A stretch of 64,000 bases of DNA from Fimbriosthenelais zetlandica (lineage: Eukaryota), in contig OZ365110.1 of assembly GCA_977030845.1 (NCBI GenBank), positions 27,156,001-27,220,000 on the forward strand, in the 5' to 3' direction. Both the position numbers and the translations under genes were made by a program. This document shows, piece by piece, positions 11,046 through 24,900 of this stretch. Each line of letters starts with the position of its first letter. Positions within the stretch are counted from its first letter, which is position 1. Under the pieces are notes generated by a model, which worked only from the letters and a program-made list of their open reading frames with translations, had not been told where the DNA came from and searched no databases.

Positions 11046-14000
11046 GTAAGTAATGAAAAAGTGACTTTTTAAGTCAAGTTACCGCACATTGCTCATAAAA
11101 ACCATGTGAATGATTCATTCGGTGCGTTTTAGTGAAGATACATCTCGGCTCTAGAACGCGGCGAGTCGTTAAACAAAAGCATCTATATTTAAACAGAGAG
11201 GCACGAAAAGATCAATATTTATTCACGAGCCATTGTGTTCCACTTTAATTTGTGGATGCATGATTTTTTAAAGGCCCCTTTTTAATGACATTAAAATATC
11301 TGACTTTGTATTATTATCTTTGACATTGACATATACATGCATTATAATTTATAAATGCGGTGTTTTTCAATGCTCGTTCAATCCAGACCTGACATAATAG
11401 CCATTGAATAGATCGGCATTGCAGGCTTTTCGAAATTAATAATTTTCCAGAATTCGATTTGCTCATGATTCCACAATGGATCAATCAAGCAAAGTACATT
11501 ATCTTCGTTGATTATAAATCTTTCTCTGATTTGAAATGAATCATGAATCAGACTGGTATACAGATGCGTCTGGCAGTTGCAATTTCAATGCTGCAGCATC
11601 GGTGCACATAGCCTCTGCTTGAATGAGATGTTGAGGGTGGTGGGTGAAAATGAAAACTTTTTGTATTAACTCCCCAACGCCATCATGGCTTTTGGATAGA
11701 CAGACTGCACAAAGACGGGGTGCATAAGGTCGGGGATGGGTATTGGAAGTTGAGCGATGGATGATGCTAGGCCAGTGCTTTGGGCTGCTTGCTGTTGTTG
11801 GGCCCACAAGGCCCCACCATCCATCATCCTCTATTGTCGTGGAGCAGAACGGTCGCGATCCCCATTTAACATTTATTGCTGGGTCGGACCGACACCTCGG
11901 CTGGGCTAGCTTCTATTTTCTCATCAGTGGGAGGTGACAGAGGAGGTCAGGGTCCGTGTGTGACCCATACCATACTGTGTTAAACCTCTAACTAAGCAAA
12001 GATGGGGTGGGATAGAAAGGGACAGAGAAGAGCCCCAGCTCCTCACCCTTCAGCTTGTATTATGTATAAATAGTGACAACTATGTAAAGGATAGTTTAGC
12101 CTCGTATATTGTGTATTGGATACACCCATAGATAGCAGTTATTCTGCCCATTGCCAGAGACTGACCACCACAACTCAACCACCCTGGAGAATGTGATCTC
12201 ATCAGAACTGTCTGTTTCGCCCATGACAGGAGGGAAACAGAGATGATGAAGCAGGGAAACACAACACACAAAGAGCATACTGCACTAATGTTGTGTAAAT
12301 TCCTCTTACAGCTCTGTTATGGTCAATGTTCATACGGACCCGCGCCATGTATTTGATGCTATTGGAACTTACCCACCGATACACTATGCTTAGCAATAAG
12401 GCCTCGGGGGTGGGGAAGCGTAGCAAAGATTATTCGCAGGCGGGGAGAGTACACTCTTGGGGGAAAACCAATATATTAGCCAGGCCTCGTGGTGAGGGAA
12501 CAATTACAAACGATCCCCGTCCTATTTCGGTGTCTACATTTTATTGATTGTATAAAATGGGTTGGGTCTGGTGGAGTGCTCGCCTCTTTCTCCTGGGTAG
12601 CCCCCGGTCTTCTTCTCCCTCCTCCAGCTCTCTCCCTCTGCTGCTCGAGTTTTCTTGCCCACGATCTGAGACGTTGGAGCGTGCTCGCTCGTGGAGAGAG
12701 CGGAGCAGATCAATATGATTCATGGCTGGACAAACATTGCTTGGCAGGGCGAAGCCGGCGATGGAGATATTTAGCTCGTAGTTCCCCCATGTGCACACGT
12801 GTTGTTGTTCGCAGCCCTTGGCAGCATCTCTCTATCTAGCTCTCTATATTTCCCTCTTATTACTCATGTGTGTTCTCTGTATACTGTACTGCAAGTCTAC
12901 TCCGAAGCTCAAGCTTTGTCCCTATTTTTGTCTGTTGTTCATCAATGTCTCTGTGTCAGATTCAGTAACTCTATCCATCTTTTAGTCTCTGGTGAGAGCT
13001 CCGACTTCGCAGTTAAGATTTCAGGGTTCGTTCAACTCTTGTTTTTAATCTCTTTGTTTCCATCTTTCAAAGCTCTTCCTCTGTCTATAACTCCCGATCA
13101 ACCAGGCTCTCTCCCGTCCTCCCCCCTCCCCTTCCCTCCCTCCACTCGCTCTCCCTCAATTCTCTCCTGCCAAGCCACCAAACCAACAATTCCTGCTTCG
13201 ACCAAAGGGAAATCAATCGCATCAGTGGTCTATTTCAATTCTTCCTCCCAATCCAAAGTGGAAGCGAGCATTTGGAGGGAAAAAACCTGATAGACCTATA
13301 TATAGGCGAGCCTGGTGGAATGTGTGGTATAACATGGGTGGTATAATGTTTTGTGTGTTACTTTTAGTTCGAGTAACAAGTTGACAAGCTTGCCATTGCT
13401 TCTGAGTCCCATGGCTCACCCTGTCTGTCAAGTGTTCAAGTCAGAGCCTGGGGTCACCACTCTCTCCGCCTCTAGCCCAGCGTTTCCCATTAACTCTGGA
13501 TTATCCGCCTAATCACATTTACGTCAGCCTGGATTTATGCAGCTCAAGATGACCAAAAACTGCACGCACTACCGCCTCCACTTCCCTCTCCTTCTGATTT
13601 GCTTTCCTCGCTCACGTTGCTGCTGCTCCATTCCTGGTCCTCCATTCCTTCCTTTTACGCTTTTTCTACTGCTGATCCGACTCCTCTTCCTGTTACTTCT
13701 CTTCCTTCAGATTGCCCTGTCTTTTTCTCCTAGCTCTCCTGCCGCTGCCACGGTTCCTTCTCCTCTTCCTCCCAATGTGCTCTTATCAAATTTCAAATTT
13801 CTCTTTCTATTAAATCATGGAAGACGTGAGTGTTTTATCATGGCACGGGCTAAATTACCTGATAGTTGACGCAATGAGATTAATCATGCGCTCAGCAATA
13901 GTGCCGCTACTCTGGAAATTGAGTCTCCATGTCTAAGAATGACTTGCAAGTGGGGGTTGTGGGGTTGGAAGGGTGGAGAGAGAGAAAATCCCTTTTGGTG

Positions 14001-14304
14001 CCAGCAATGTCTGAAGGGGGTTGGCCGTGTGAGTATTATCGCACGTGATGGAGCAAATCCCAACTGCTCCAGAGCTGGGTGACAAGCGCAGACATGCGAG
14101 AGTTTGCTTGCAGCTTTGCAAGTCCTAGACCTCCCCACCAGCCTATATTGGCATATTGATCTATTTTGGGAGCAGAGCGTGGAGACCCATGGCCCGGCTG
14201 CGATCATTCAGTACAGATATGAGATCGCTCAGTCATCATCTACAGCCTCTCGCTATGACCATTGTGTCTGATGTTTAGTCATCACATAGGATTAAGGCGA
14301 ATCT

Positions 14305-14370
14305 GGGTTCAGTGGGACTGGGTGACACTTTATGACGCAAAGGTCAGGGGTTCAAATTCCTGAAGTCACC
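14305..14370 (+). mobile_element. Possible degenerate tRNA-derived SINE head
   Basis: B-box/T-arm-like CAGGGGTTCAAATTCCTG (14345-14362) with upstream GGGTTCAGTGG. It does not fold as a full cloverleaf, and no second copy was seen in the window. Confidence 0.25.
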
Positions 14371-15929
14371 TACTGACGTGATTTCATCCGATAAGGCATC
14401 TTAAGAATACATAAAGACCAGAGGAGACGAGGAGAACACCCCTAAACTTCCATGGGATGTATAACATGTATGGTCATGGCATATGGGCCTTTAAAGTTGT
14501 ACCATTCAGCTTTTAGCTTGATTTCTATAAATATCCCTACTATGCATAACTAGAGCAGATGGTCCCATCCAGGTTACCCTAGCAACGGGTCCTACCAGAA
14601 GGGCCCAGAAGGCCGGGTGTCATATGGGCAGGCACGTGCCAATGGGGTCAGGGCTTGACCATTTCATTGCACGTGACCAGTGGAGGTCAGCTGCTGTGGG
14701 ACTGCAGCAAGCTTTCAGTGACCATGTCATTAATTTGTGGACGCTACTCGGACGTACCATGTCCTGTTGTACCGTAGGGGCCATGGGGCTATAATGGTAG
14801 TCGGGGTATAGTAGCTTTAGTGCTACAATAGTCAGTCTGCATTAACCTTGCAGCTTGGTGAATTCTGCCTTTCTCCTTTGGTCAGTCATGTCTATGGCTT
14901 TTCACTGGGTTAAAACCAGGGGCTTTGTGAACACTGATCAGATAAGGTGAATAAATAACTCACAAAGGCCTGGTGCACGACCAGAGCCATATGTTCAATA
15001 TACAGGCATGTCATGGGGGCTATTTGACTATCTGGCCTAGTAAATCAAGTTTATTTCGGTGTTCAATGCCAAGATGACTTATATGGACTGTAGGAATGAC
15101 TGGTAGTAGTATGGTAGTTGGGGGATGTGGTGCGGGTGTGTTGTGGGTGTGCTGCTGCTATGGCAGTGCACCATTTGCTCAGTGTTTGAGTCATCTGCCA
15201 TTAGAACTGAGACCCATACATAATCGTTTCACTTATGACACACCAGCAGTGAATAATTGATGATCTGTCGGATGACTAGCAGAATATCACTATTGTCTTG
15301 CCCCGTTCACAAGTGGGAAGTGTATGAAACTGACTGACTGTTCATATCATCCTTCACCATTTCATGCCTTGATACTCACTTATATAACCTCACTTATTTC
15401 ATAGACCTCCTTCTCTCTTTGACCCTGAAAGTCAGGTAGAGATTGAGAGGGACTGTCATATATATGTAAGGAGGGTTTAGTAGTCATATAGTGTAGGCGG
15501 TGGTAGTGTCAGTGGGACGATGTATCGTTGTTATTGTGACTGTCACTAGACTGGATGGTTCTATATTGCCCAGGCCATTGGAACCAATTTAGCTGAGAGA
15601 GACAGACATGTGGTATGGACTGATGCCCTGGAGACTCGTGTATATAGTGGACAATAGCAAGTTTCAGTCTCCGCCACAAGCGATTCAGGGCAAACAATAC
15701 ATATTGATATCCTGTACCTATAATAACCATGTAACCCACTGGCTGACACTCATAATAATGCACAAATATACCAGGCCTGATAATAAACTATCACTCCAAC
15801 CGCTATAACAATAAAATTAATCAACAGAATGTACATATGTATGACTGACTGCAAGCATAGGTGGTAGTCGCATGAGTTGTGTATTGATACAACAGTTTGC
15901 AACAGTTCAATACCAATAGTTGGAGGACA

Positions 15930-15942
15930 CCCCCCCCCCCCC
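15930..15942. repeat. C13 homopolymer
   Basis: Thirteen consecutive C residues. Confidence 0.9.
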
Positions 15943-18900
15943 TCCTGCCACCCTCCTCCAGGAACCCCCTGCTCAGTTACTCCATGGTATATACAGTAAT
16001 TATTCCATCAATAGGTGCCATGATTACAATGGTTTTAATAGGCGTGTTGCTATAGTGATAGATCTGTCTAGACTGTGATTGGCTCGGCACGCCATGTGTT
16101 CCTCTCCCCCAGCTGTCGGGTGGAGGCCACATTCAGTCATGTGGAACGGGGGCACCAGTTTCTGTGACAGGAAAAAAAGAATACATTCCCGGCTAAGTTA
16201 GGACCCCCCGTGTCTCCAGCTCATATATAATGGGATAAAAAGATTTTTAAAGAATCTCAGATGACAGCAAGCGTCTATGACTTCCCCTATACTACAGCCT
16301 TTTAAATCTAGTTCATCTATTTAAATGCAAACTCATAATTGCAGAGGATAGAATTTTCATTCTCTTTTCATCGATTGATCTATGCCTTTTATATATACAT
16401 ATGTGAGGCACGAAATGAATAATAAATGTCATATAGAATGAGAAAAACTATCCTTATTTGCAGAGGTGGGTTTTCCAGGGATTCAAATAAAAAATCTCAA
16501 TCACCCGTGTTGAGTAGAGGGAAATGGCGGTACACATATCACTACCGGTTTTACTGCCCCTTTATATAGCATACAAGCCTTCAATAAGGGACCCCAATCA
16601 TGCTTTCCAGGTAATAGCTTTGCCAATTGTCACGGATGCAGCTTTAAAAGTGACCCGAGCGAGCTGAGTGCATTTTGAAGCACTGTCATAAAGTACTGTT
16701 AGATTCATAGGGTTATATGGGGTTATATTTCTTGGCATGTCTGCCTGCATTCTCTGCTGACGCCAATGTATGAGAGGCTAGAGTTGTATACGGCCTATAA
16801 CAAAAGGTCACATAGAGACGTCACACATGCTGCCACCGGCGCGAGTCTTTGTATGTACTGCAAACAAATCCAGCTTCCGCACCGCAAACACAATGGCCCC
16901 GTCCAGATGTCCTGGCCATGGGGCCCAGGAATATGTATATGTAAAAAAAGGACAGGTGGCCACATGGCCATGGGAGGTTTTAATGGGGGTAATCCCGGTT
17001 ATGTTTGTTTTAAGGTTATTCAAGATTTCATCATGTTGGGTTGAAATGGCTTATCTTTAGAGCGGAGTGGGACAAAGGGCTGATCAATGAGTATGTAATA
17101 GGGGGGCGTGGGCATGATTGGTGAGGGATGGGTCTGGTGCTCAAGGTCATTTCTAGGGTAACACTCTAGGCCATTGCCACCAGCACTGCTATTAATATTG
17201 CCAAGGTCCTCCATTTTTCTTTATTTTTCAAACTTAAATCGGCCAAAAACTAATATGATTTTTCCCATGCATGTACACGGATGCTTATATTTACCATTAC
17301 TTAATTGTTACTTATTATGTCCCTAACGAACCCCAAAGGGATTATTTATGTCAGTAACCCATTTTCAGTTTTAGTCACTTTCTCTGTAGTGTGGCTAGTC
17401 TTTTTAAAGCCCTTTTCAGAGAGCATCACCAATGTTTAAGACTGGACTTGGGATTGTCGGTCATAGCTAGTGGGTCATTGTAGTGTATTGAGTTGGGACG
17501 AGGACTAATCTATCTCCACCCCCGCCTCCACCCCTCAATGCTTCATCCCTGACCCAGATGCTGAGATGCTACCCACTCGTGCATGGCCAAACCAAAGCCG
17601 AGGGCCAAACATTGATGACTCATTTTAGCTTACAAGCTTTTACTCTCTCATCCCAACTGTGATGTAACCGAGGGAAAAACTGTTTAACCGCGGGGTCAAC
17701 CCTGCCCCATCCACTTTCCAAACACCACCATGGCATTAAATCTTTTAACGGTAAACAGGCAACCAAATGGACCTGCTACCACAGTACCACTGCTGAGCCT
17801 ATTGATTGACTGAATGAATGTCAATTCACAACAGAGACAAACATATAGTGATTACATAGGCCATCGAGCTTAACATATCGAGACAATTTTCCCCTCAAAA
17901 GCCGCCAGCCTCGGCAATAATTTGAAGTATTGTTGGATTATTGACTGGTCAGACTGTAGCTTGGTTACTGCTATGGGACAATGTAAGACACGCAGAAACT
18001 ATTTCAGTCCATGGGTGCCCATCAATCACTTCCATGGCAAGCAAGCATCATGGTCCCAGCACAAAGACACTCTCCTGTCAGTATGTTTCAACATGAGTAG
18101 AAAGACCCATTGAATAGCATACAGTCATTTGTTAATGGAAAATGTTATCTTCCTTTAAGTTAATTCACTTTTTTCTACCCTGTCATTACGGGGAAAATAT
18201 ATGTCCCTCGCTTGAATTACCAGAGTGAAGCTTTTGAATGAATGACCCTATGGAGCATGGAAGGGGTTTTTGCACACAATGGTGGCTTGGGATGGGAGTG
18301 AGTAGTCTATGAAAAGAATGATTTTATTCATCCGGGCGCAGTAAAGCATTGTATTCCTAATGACATCAATGTGTGCTTCAATGGATAACAAGCAGGCTTG
18401 TTGATTAGTCAGGACAACTAATTAAGCCGAGTGTTTTTGACTTGTGTTGTTTGGGGCCCTTTAGCGCTTGGGTGTTAGCGCTGCTGGGCCGGGGGTATAG
18501 GGAATGGGTGGGAGGGAGGGGGTTCTGTACGCATGGCTTTGTGCTGGTATAGGTATACTATAGACTTGGCCAGGTGAGAAGGTGGGGTAAGAGGGCAGGT
18601 GTTAGTGGGTGGGGTGCTGTGGTAAAGGGGACCTCCCTATGGGCTCTACTCAGCGGTCGGTCGCCTCCCACCTATATATATATACACCCCCTTATCTTAC
18701 ACCACATGTCTACACACTTCTCACTCCAGTTCATGTTATCTCCCATTCCACCCTAGCAAAAGGCCGTGAAGAGGGTATATTTTACGAGAGTGAGTCCAGG
18801 TAAACTTTGCTCGTACATGGCAGCCTTCACCTGGGCAAACAGCAGGCTTCTTTACTATACGAGCATTCTTGAAAAGCATGCCAGAGACTCTCGTGCGTGG

Positions 18901-21900
18901 GAGAAGGGCGTGTTTCCATGAGAGGCATGGCCTACTTTTCCATTATATTCCAGCTGTTATTGCCCGAGTCACACGGTACACTTCATTTGACTGCACTCCA
19001 TTCCAAATCCCAGACAAAAAATGACTCCCTAAAGTTGGCACATTCATGAGTTTACTCGAGAAAATATCTAAATTATATCAGACTGAAATAATTTATACGG
19101 AATATAATTATAACAGCTTTGATTGTTGTGAGTTTTGCTTCCTTTTAACGTAGTGTTTAGAAAGCCGGAAGCATGAAAGTATCCGGGCCGAAGTGTGTAA
19201 CTAGCGGCATCTATTGTTCAGCACAATAGACTTGGAAGCCAAAGCGGTTTTTAAACCATTCCATACATATGAAAGCAAAAACCCGACAGCTGCTCTTTCA
19301 ACGACTATGTAAAAGTCCTTTGTTTTCGACCAGCTTTAATCACCATTAAGTCCTATTTCGAATACTCAAGTCATTTCCAATAAAATGTCTCCCTATATGG
19401 TTGTCCACTGGCTGTATTGAGTATAGGCTTTTGTTCAGTGCGCATTAGTGGGAGTGGGAAACTGTGATGCAATCTGTGTCAATGCCTGTCCAATAAACGA
19501 AGTCGTTGTCAGTAGGACAGGCAACAAAGAGCTGCCTATGTATAATGCATACCTGTCTCCATCATCAGTCCAGGCCTCCAGTCATACTGACTTGCACAGG
19601 TCTGTTTTTTGAATAAACAAAAACATTTCTCACCCTCCAGGATGGAAACCACAATAAACTGTGTCGAATTATCCATCAGATCGGCATTGGTTGCCAAATG
19701 AAAACCGTACAATCATGTATGGTCATGGTGGAATATATATAATGTGGAAAATATATGGGAGATCAGGACAAGTTTAGCCATTGTATTGGACCCGAATCAA
19801 GGCCTGATAGCACAGTTAATATCACTGTGCCTGTGGTAAGATAACGGCCCTTCTTATCACAGACCTGTCCAACAAATAATATCACCACCTGCGCGTCCAG
19901 GAAGTGTTCATTGCTTGGCGTAATTTCCTAAAGTGCTTCGGTCAATGATAGTGATCATGAAATAGATTATTCTCTACTTCCCATCATCAAAATGGACTAT
20001 TGAAATGAAATCATGGATTGGGCTAGTTGACTTATTGCAATTCAGCTTCGCCATGAACTGGTCATGGAGTAAACCATACATATTCTTATAATAACTGAAA
20101 ATGTTTACCTGTGCAATTTATTGTCTACCTGTTTCAGGTATATTACCATAGGGACACTTATTATTGAATGTCCCTTCGTTGGAGATGGTTGCTTAGTTAC
20201 GGACCACGCCTTCAGGGTACAAATTACCTTCAGGTAGCATTTAACTGCATGGTCAGCATGTCCAATTTTGAAGCTAATAGATAATCAACCGTTAGGGGTT
20301 GGATTTCTGTGGAAATGGCCACAGGTGTGATGCTGAGAAAGGAAATTACGGAAAGGTGATATCACTGTAAAATCGGATGTATTAATCTTTGCCAAACATA
20401 ATCTCCCGAGTCAATCTCATGCTCGGAAATTTATCTTCCATACATGGAATATGTAATTATCTCCAGGGAAACGAAAATTCCAAGTTACTCTCCTGGGGAG
20501 AATTAAATGAATGAGTGATATAAGTCTAAGTCTTTTCTATAAAATAATAGATGTAGACCACCTGCAGATCTTTGCATAATAGTGTTGGGTATTGGTATAC
20601 TAACAAGACACTGCCTATGATGTATTAGCCCCATTAAGGCTTATACAAATCCATAATGACCTTGGTAAGGACGCTCATTTTGGAAGCTTTATACGAGCTT
20701 CAAAGTGAATCATAAATGATAATGCTGTCAGGAAGGGGAGCATCATTTGCGGTCCTGTTAATAATTAATGCCATTTCTTCATACACCTGTATATTTCATA
20801 GGTAAAAGATGAACAGGCCAAGGATGTATAATCATTTATATACCCCCATTGGGATGCACTCAGCTTCCATGTTAACCAACGTGAACATTATTGACTTAAG
20901 ATTATCAAACCTGCAAAGCAAGGGAGATAATAATTATACTTATAGGGCCAACTACAGCCATGAAAAGGACACAAAAATACCAGTTCTGTAAATGTCCGAT
21001 ATGAGCATTAGCAGACATTTATAACCTTTTTGCCGTATCATATACGGCACTCGGCGCAAATATACGATGAAAAAAGCCCGTGGATTATGATTCTTAAAAC
21101 AGGCCTTAACTGCAGACCTCGGGGATTTTATGATGCCATTAGGAACGTTAATAAGGTCGAGTGTTAGGAGAAAAGACTCCCCTGAGACTGGGAGAGTAAC
21201 ATAATAGTAGGAGAGGATCTCTAGCTGTGTTCCCTGTTAGTTTGTGGATTGTTTTTGGGAGAAAGGGGATTATCAAGACAAAAAGACCTCCATGCAGTTT
21301 TACCTTGAGATCTTGCATTAAAATGTCAGCGTCAGTTGATATTTAAAAGGGGACACACGTAACTATTGTTTGTTTAAAAAGAAACAGAATATTCCATTTT
21401 CAAAGGAGAATGTCCATGAGCGCTCTCCCTTCCTACTCTCCCTTCCTTCACTAATTCCGAGCCTCTGCATGGAGTTGATTTCCGTTGGCCCCAGGTGTGC
21501 TTGTCGCCCCTTTATTGTCACCGCTACAATCCACTGGAGCCTCTACACAAAAACAAGGCTTCACCTTGCTCCATTACCGCCCACTACAAGTGCTGATTGT
21601 ACAAGCAGTGTTAGTAGATCTGCTCATTTTAAGTTATAAGAACCACCCACAATATAAAATCATATGATTTTAGCTCCGCTTCCTGTGTCCTATACAACAG
21701 TTCCAGTTTCATCAGCATGCAATATTACACCTACAGCAATGCTGCGAAAGCGTCTGCTCATTCTCACCCCATTTCCCTAAGGTACCTCCCATTCCTGTCA
21801 GTGGGGGGAGATTCATGACTGCGGGTAAGAAGCCTAGCTTTATCAAATTTCACCAATTTGGAGCCTTTATGGTAGCCGTTAGGTCGGCCAGTATTGTTTT

Positions 21901-24900
21901 GTGAGGGTCTGGTCACAAGCAGTAACGTATCACGTTAATTGCCAAGGCGAAGAATAATTTGCGGAGGCAAGAAACCGAGGATTGGGCTCAGCAGGCCTGG
22001 ACTTGAGGGGAAGTTAGGGGGAAAATAGGTGATTTATTTCCTCACTTGGATTGCACATACTTCATCTTGGTGGGAGCTAATGTGAAGAGATTAATCTAGG
22101 TACTGTCTGGAATGAATCCAAGTTGGCCGAGTCTATAACTGAGCCTGCTATGAATCATGGTCTGATTAGGATGCAAGGCTAGTACAAGGCCTACACAAAG
22201 AAGCTGGCATTGCTTACTGAAGCGAGTGTGAGTGTGGGGGGAAGGCGACCTAGATACACAACATATCTCTCAGCCTCGTGAGCGTGAATATACCCTGCTA
22301 TTCGCCTCGCCATGTGTCTTTACTGCCTGACGACATCTTGCATTGATAGCTTTGAGGCTAAATTGATGCCACCTACTACTCTCTCTCTCCCCTCCATATT
22401 GATTTTTACCCGGCAACTCTACTAGATGGCGACTAGCACGTTAGAGGGTCTACTGTTATTGGGGAGAGAGGAGGAGGGGAGGGGTGGAAGTTAAGAGGGG
22501 GGAGATATGGGGAGGGGGTATAGAATGGGAGTCTGGAAGGCCCTATCATAGCCAATATATAATATACTTCAACTTGTCAATCCCTCCTTTCGGTTGACTG
22601 CAAGGTCCTTATGGGAAGATATTTAGTAGTTAGCACGTGTGTGAGTGAGAAAAGGGCAGGCAATGGTGATGATAGATTGGAACAATTGAGGAATTTATCG
22701 CGGAGCTTGAAATGCACGTGTCAGCAGCGAGCTACAGGTTTGTGTTTTCATTTGATGGATTGACGGAAGAAAAGGTGGCTGGCCTGCTTGCTTCCTGCAG
22801 GAAGTTGGTCGCTCCATCTTGTGACGCCTTTGGTGTGACGGCGAGGCCCGTGTGGCCGTGTCATGGTAGGTGGCAGCTGATAGATGGCAAGTCATCCCTC
22901 CAGCCCAGCCTTTGTGACACACACCGCCAGCGAGTTAAACTTTGATGTGGACAGGAGGGTTACAACTGCCAGCCGTGATGACTTTCTTGGACAAAGTCGA
23001 TTGGGCTTTGGCAAACATCCGTCCAGGCTTCCTGCTGGGGGCCTTGCATAATTGACATAGAAGACTCACAAGTAGACGGGGTGACTGCTCGGCGATGGGG
23101 CGAAAATGCGAGTGGCAGGAACGAGGCAAGGGTCAGATGGTGGCATTAGCAGACCCTAGCTCTATCATCAAGAAGGGCACTTCCCCTGAGGACGCTAGGC
23201 CAACGAGAGATGAAGGGCCCAGTCCTGTCTGTAGGGACATCAAAGTTGAATAGGCATGTGGTGATTTGGGGGCCTAGGAGGAAGCGAGGTGACCGCATTA
23301 GGAGTGATATGTGTTGTGGTCCAACCAAAGAGTCCTGGCAATCTACAGCTAGGCCTGTGAATCTACACTGGGGTATTGGATTCTTTGGATCTTCAGTATA
23401 AGGTTAGGAAGGGGGGATTCTTCAACCTTTACCCATTCTGACACGGACTAGACTGGAGAAACACTATCTGCCAACAAAAGGTGGATACCTTGCTGCCAGC
23501 ACATAACAGTGAATTAGCGAACACGTGGCAAGGCCCCACAGGGAATGAGTTGCAAATGGGCTCCAGCAATTTGATCCCATTTCTGCATACAAGTAATATC
23601 CTCACTGCTGCTCCGAGGGTCTGGACATAAAACTACCCCTGTACACAAGCTGTACCAATAATGAGAGTTCCTTAATCACAAAATAAATGAATTAGGTCAC
23701 TTCTGTGAGTTCAGAATGAACGCAAATGGTGGACTAAAAAGAGGAGGATGACTCAGCAGGATATGGGTGATAGAGAGAAAGGGCGAGAGGCCTTATAATA
23801 GGAGAGTGGCCTTGTCTTTATCATTAATCCCTGGGCAGTAAACATACGACAGGTGTAGGAGATAAGCTATCAATCCTAATGTCAAAAGCCAGATCCTATG
23901 TACCATCTGAGGTAAAAAGTCGAAGGCCTGGAGCTGGCTGAGGGCTGGAGAATAGGTCAGATGATAGTGGCACTGACTGGGTGGTGGGACGTGAGTAGTA
24001 TGTGGAAATGGGGCATGTACCCGGGGCACCAATGGGGATATTCAGTGCTTTGCTGCAGCTAGATAGCATTGCTAGGAGCGAATCATTCCAATAGGGGTCG
24101 TGGGCCATTAATAGTGGACAGGCGAGTTGGGCTGATCAATATCAGTGGAGAGAGGGGGCAGTGGATGATTATACACCCTAACAATACTGATAATACAACC
24201 AGTGGTTGGCACTAGTGGTGGGTGGTGCTTCGGATGGCCAGCATATATAGCCCCAGCAGCCCATGCTTTCTGACCTACATCGGACTGGGCCACCGCTGTG
24301 ACCAAGTTGATGGAATTGTAAATTGGTTGTAATCTGAATTGATGCCAAGGTCCCACAGCCAAGGTGCATTCAATTCTGTCGGTTGGTGGAAAGCTGGAGC
24401 AGAACTCAGATTTGATTTGCGATCATGCCAGCCCCTGACCGGGCTAGGCCCCAGCTCTATATAAACCCCCCAGACCAACCCCCTCTCCCTTCCCCTCCCC
24501 AACCCCCTGGTCCTCCACCACATCCTTTACCTCCCTTTGCCTCAGTCTGCTCACTGCCATGTGAAATATTGCAAGCAGCCCACAGAGCACCCTATCCTTG
24601 CTTTTCTATTGGCTTCCTAAAATGTCCCAGGTCAGTGTCCCAGCCAGGGCAGGGAGCAGAGCAGTAGTAATCAAGCCGGTACAAAGTGACGACCAGGGAG
24701 AGGACAGAGGATAAAACAAACGAGACGAAAGGCAGGGTGCTGGACCGAGGTAGAGCTGACCTCTCCCAGGAACAATATGTTCCTTGATGTTGGGATCTCT
24801 GAGAGGGGTCATGAACCGGGGACTGGACTGAAAGGAGAGGACAGGAAAGAAATGGAAGAGTTCAGGATACCTGAGCTAGTCTATATAGATCTAGCCTAAA

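Noticed and set aside
12799-13290. 163-aa ORF
   Set aside because: S/L/P-rich translation of CT-rich DNA with a non-ATG start and no domain similarity I can recognise.
13817-13831. ATG GAA GAC|gtgagt as another alternative first exon
   Set aside because: The donor is phase 0 but the next acceptor (30600) is phase 1, giving an early stop; it would need to skip that exon as well.
14305-14370. A functional tRNA gene
   Set aside because: Only a T-arm/B-box-like hairpin is present, with no complete cloverleaf; kept as a low-confidence SINE fragment.
20809-20991. ORF starting MNRP, like the CELF RRM1 exon MNRPIQVKPAD
   Set aside because: Similarity stops after four residues, and it lies downstream of the first RRM2 exon, in the wrong order.
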